This document shows, in pieces, positions 61,159 to 64,000 of a DNA stretch of 64,000 nt. Within the stretch, counting starts at the first letter, position 1. The number at the start of each line of letters is the position of its first letter. The translations under genes and the position numbers were made by a program. The notes under the pieces were generated by a model. That model saw only the letters and a program-made list of their open reading frames with translations, did no database searches and was not told where the DNA came from. The DNA lies in the NCBI RefSeq assembly GCF_048403405.1, contig NZ_CP183129.1; one strand, given 5' to 3'. Origin of the DNA: Escherichia coli. GTDB lineage: Bacteria; Pseudomonadota; Gammaproteobacteria; Enterobacterales; Enterobacteriaceae.

Positions 61159-62088
61159 TTAAAGCTCGAGCGCCGCTGCCATCGCTGAAGGTTCGTTCAG
61201 CGCCGAGGCGGTCAGGGTGTCGACAATGCGTTTCGTCAGGCCAGTAAGCACTTTGCCCGGGCCGACTTCATAGAGATGTTCTACGCCTTGCGCTGCCATG
61301 TATTCAACAGACTTCGTCCACTGAACCGGGTTATACAACTGACGTACCAGTGCGTCACGGATGGCATCACCATTGGTTTCGCATTTCACATCAACGTTAT
61401 TCACAACAGGTACTGTTGGTGCGTTAAAGGTGATTTTCGCTAATTCTACTGCCAGTTTGTCGGCTGCTGGTTTCATCAGCGCACAGTGAGACGGTACGCT
61501 CACTGGTAACGGCAGAGCGCGTTTTGCGCCCGCAGCTTTACAGGCAGCGCCAGCACGCTCAACTGCTTCTTTATGACCGGCAATAACCACCTGTCCCGGA
61601 GAGTTAAAGTTTACCGGAGAAACGACCTGACCTTCTGCAGCTTCTTCACACGCTTTCGCAATAGACGCATCATCCAGACCGATGATTGCCGCCATAGCGC
61701 CCGTGCCTTCCGGTACGGCTTCTTGCATAAACTTACCGCGCATCTCAACCAGACGCACCGCATCAGCGAAATCAATCACACCAGCGCAAACCAGCGCGGA
61801 GTATTCCCCCAGGCTGTGACCGGCCATCAATGCCGGTGCTTTACCGCCCTGCTGCTGCCATGCGCGGTACAGCGCAACAGATGCAGTCAACAGCGCTGGC
61901 TGGGTTTGCCAGGTTTTATTCAGTTCTTCAGCTGGCCCCTGCTGGGTCAGCGCCCACAGGTCGTAGCCCAGCGCCGCAGAAGCTTCAGCAAACGTTTCTT
62001 CGACAATTGGATAGCTCGCCGCCATATCAGCCAGCATTCCAACGGTTTGAGAACCCTGTCCAGGGAACACAAATGCAAATTGCGTCAT
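61159..62088 (-). CDS. fabD: Malonyl-CoA-ACP transacylase FabD
   Basis: 309 aa; GHSLGE active site. Confidence 0.95.
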   Translation of the reverse strand: MTQFAFVFPGQGSQTVGMLADMAASYPIVEETFAEASAALGYDLWALTQQGPAEELNKTWQTQPALLTASVALYRAWQQQGGKAPALMAGHSLGEYSALVCAGVIDFADAVRLVEMRGKFMQEAVPEGTGAMAAIIGLDDASIAKACEEAAEGQVVSPVNFNSPGQVVIAGHKEAVERAGAACKAAGAKRALPLPVSVPSHCALMKPAADKLAVELAKITFNAPTVPVVNNVDVKCETNGDAIRDALVRQLYNPVQWTKSVEYMAAQGVEHLYEVGPGKVLTGLTKRIVDTLTASALNEPSAMAAALEL

Positions 62089-62103
62089 GTTTTAATCCTT
62101 ATC

Positions 62104-63057
62104 CTAGAAACGAACCAGCGCGGAGCCCCAGGTGAATCCACCGCCAAAGGCTTCAAGCAGAACCAACTGCCCCGGCTTAATGCGCCCGTCGCGTACAGCT
62201 TCATCCAGCGCGCACGGGACAGAGGCCGCAGAGGTATTACCGTGGCGATCCAGCGTCACCACGACATTGTCCATCGACATACCGAGTTTTTTCGCCGTTG
62301 CACTGATAATACGCAGGTTAGCCTGATGCGGAACCAGCCAGTCCAGTTGAGAACGGTCAAGATTATTCGCCGCCAGCGTCTCATCAACGATGTGCGCCAG
62401 TTCCGTTACCGCAACCTTGAAGACTTCGTTGCCCGCCATCGTCAGATGAATTGAATTCTCTGGATTCACGCGGTCAGCATTAGGCAGCGTCAGCAATTCA
62501 CCATAGCTACCGTCGGCATGTAGATGGGTGGAGATGATTCCCGGCTCTTCAGAGGCAGCCAGCACCGCAGCGCCCGCGCCATCGCCAAAAATAATAATAG
62601 TCCCACGGTCTGTTGGATCGCAGGTGCGCGCCAGTACATCGGAACCGACGACCAGAGCATACTTCACCGCCCCAGATTTCACGTATTGATCGGCTACGCT
62701 TAATGCATAGGTGAAACCTGCGCAGGCTGCTGCAACGTCAAATGCCGGGCAACCTTTAATGCCCAGCATGCTTTGAATCTGACAAGCTGCGCTCGGGAAA
62801 GCGTGCGTAGCAGAAGTCGTTGCCACAACGATCAGGCCAATCTGGTCTTTCTCAATGCCCGCCATCTCAATTGCGCGTGTCGCCGCTTCAAAGCCCATGG
62901 TTGAAACGGTTTCGTTTGGCGCGGCAATGTGGCGTTCGCGGATACCGGTACGAGTGACAATCCACTCGTCAGAGGTGTCCACCATTTTTTCCAAATCGGC
63001 GTTTGTCCGCACTTGTTCGGGCAGATAGCTGCCAGTACCAATAATCTTCGTATACAT
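62104..63057 (-). CDS. fabH: 3-oxoacyl-ACP synthase III FabH
   Basis: 317 aa; matches K-12. Confidence 0.95.
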
Positions 63058-63124
63058 GTACGCTCAGTCACTTTTCGGTTATATACCGTCACTTGCAAAC
63101 TGCGAGTTCGCTGGCAGCGTCCTG

Positions 63125-64000
63125 CTACCGCAGAGTTCCGCTTTTGCCACCGTCCAGCAGCTCAAAACCAGCTGGGTATACAGATTCCAGGCGAGCGGCA
63201 ATTCGCTGAGGAACTTGTCGCTGCACCGCCTGCACTGCCTGTTCAATCGCGACCGCAAAAGCTCGCTGATTGGCTGCACCATGACTTTTTATCACCGTGC
63301 CGCGCAATCCTAACAGACAGGCGCCGTTATACTGGTCGGGGTTGAGGTGACTGAATCGCCTCGTCAGGCTCTTTTGTAGCCAACGCTTTAATAACAGTAG
63401 CCACCACGACCGTTTTTTCCCTTCACCCTGAGATTTCAGCAGAGAAAGGAACATCCTGACAACACCTTCCATCGTCTTTAATGTGACATTTCCTGTAAAG
63501 CCGTCACAAACCAGCACATCTGTCTTGCCAGTTAACAACTCATTGGCTTCAAGATAGCCGATATAATTGATAGAAGGGATTGTTTTAAGCACCGCTGAGG
63601 CATCCCGAATACTGTCGAGACCCTTTACTTCTTCTTCACCAATATTGAGCAACGCCACGCGAGGATTGGGAATTTCCACCACCTCTTCAGCCAGAACTGA
63701 GCCCATAATGGCAAATTGCACCAACATTGTGCTGTCACAATCGACGTTGGCCCCTAAATCGAGGACCACCGTTTTGCCCTTTTGCTGATGCGGTAATACC
63801 GTCACCAGCGCCGGACGCTCAATCCCCTCCAGGGGCTTGAGTAATAATTTTGCCAGCCCCATCAGCGCCCCGGTATTACCGGCACTGACACAGGCTTGCG
63901 CTCGACCTTCTTTCACCAGCTCCAGGGCCACGCGCATTGAACTCCCACGACTGGCGCGGATAGCTTGCGAAGGCCGGGCATCACTGGCGATAACTGACTG
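63125..64000 (-). CDS. plsX: Phosphate acyltransferase PlsX, C-terminal part (N-terminus beyond window end)
   Basis: The reading frame stays open to the window edge. The track Met at 63937 is internal. Confidence 0.9.

Overview
The window has two parts. (1) Positions 1 to about 28184 are the right-hand ~28 kb of an apparently intact lambdoid prophage. Minus strand, in lambda order: gpC-like head protease (partial), portal, W, large and small terminase, cos, then Rz/Rz1, SAR endolysin, S21-type pinholin, Q-like antiterminator, RusA, a nin-like region with a hok/sok locus, P-like and O-like replication genes with iterons, and a DicC (Cro-like) gene. Plus strand: DicA-type repressor, ydfA-like gene, DicF sRNA, a Rha-family gene, dicB, ydfD-like gene, a RecE-N-terminus/DEDDh exonuclease fusion, xis and int. 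The prophage abuts the last codons of potB just upstream of potC. (2) Positions 28185 to 64000 are ordinary E. coli core chromosome. From memory they are collinear with K-12 potCD-ymfA-ycfZ-cobB-nagK-lolEDC-ycfT-mfd-ldtC-bhsA-comR-ycfJ-ndh-ycfP-nagZ-thiK-lpoB-ycfL-hinT-fhuE-ptsG-ycfH-holB-tmk-mltG-pabC-fabF-acpP-fabG-fabD-fabH-plsX(partial), with three REP/BIME clusters. No CRISPR array, IS element, tRNA or rRNA was found. The most interesting signals are all in prophage cargo positions. (a) A P1 immI-like antisense-RNA switch: a folded c4-like RNA whose loop is perfectly complementary to the Shine-Dalgarno region of the downstream Rha-family gene, with duplicated target boxes, inserted between dicF and dicB. 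(b) A lipoprotein made only of a TonB C-terminal domain, sitting at the bor position. (c) A 296-aa unknown ORF translationally coupled between the pinholin and the SAR endolysin, plus two coupled small membrane peptides between the endolysin and Rz. (d) A lambda-identical cosN combined with non-lambda cosB repeats and a Nu1 protein with a swapped N-terminus. (e) A Chi orientation skew with no visible gam. All homology statements come from my memory of reference proteins, not from database searches.
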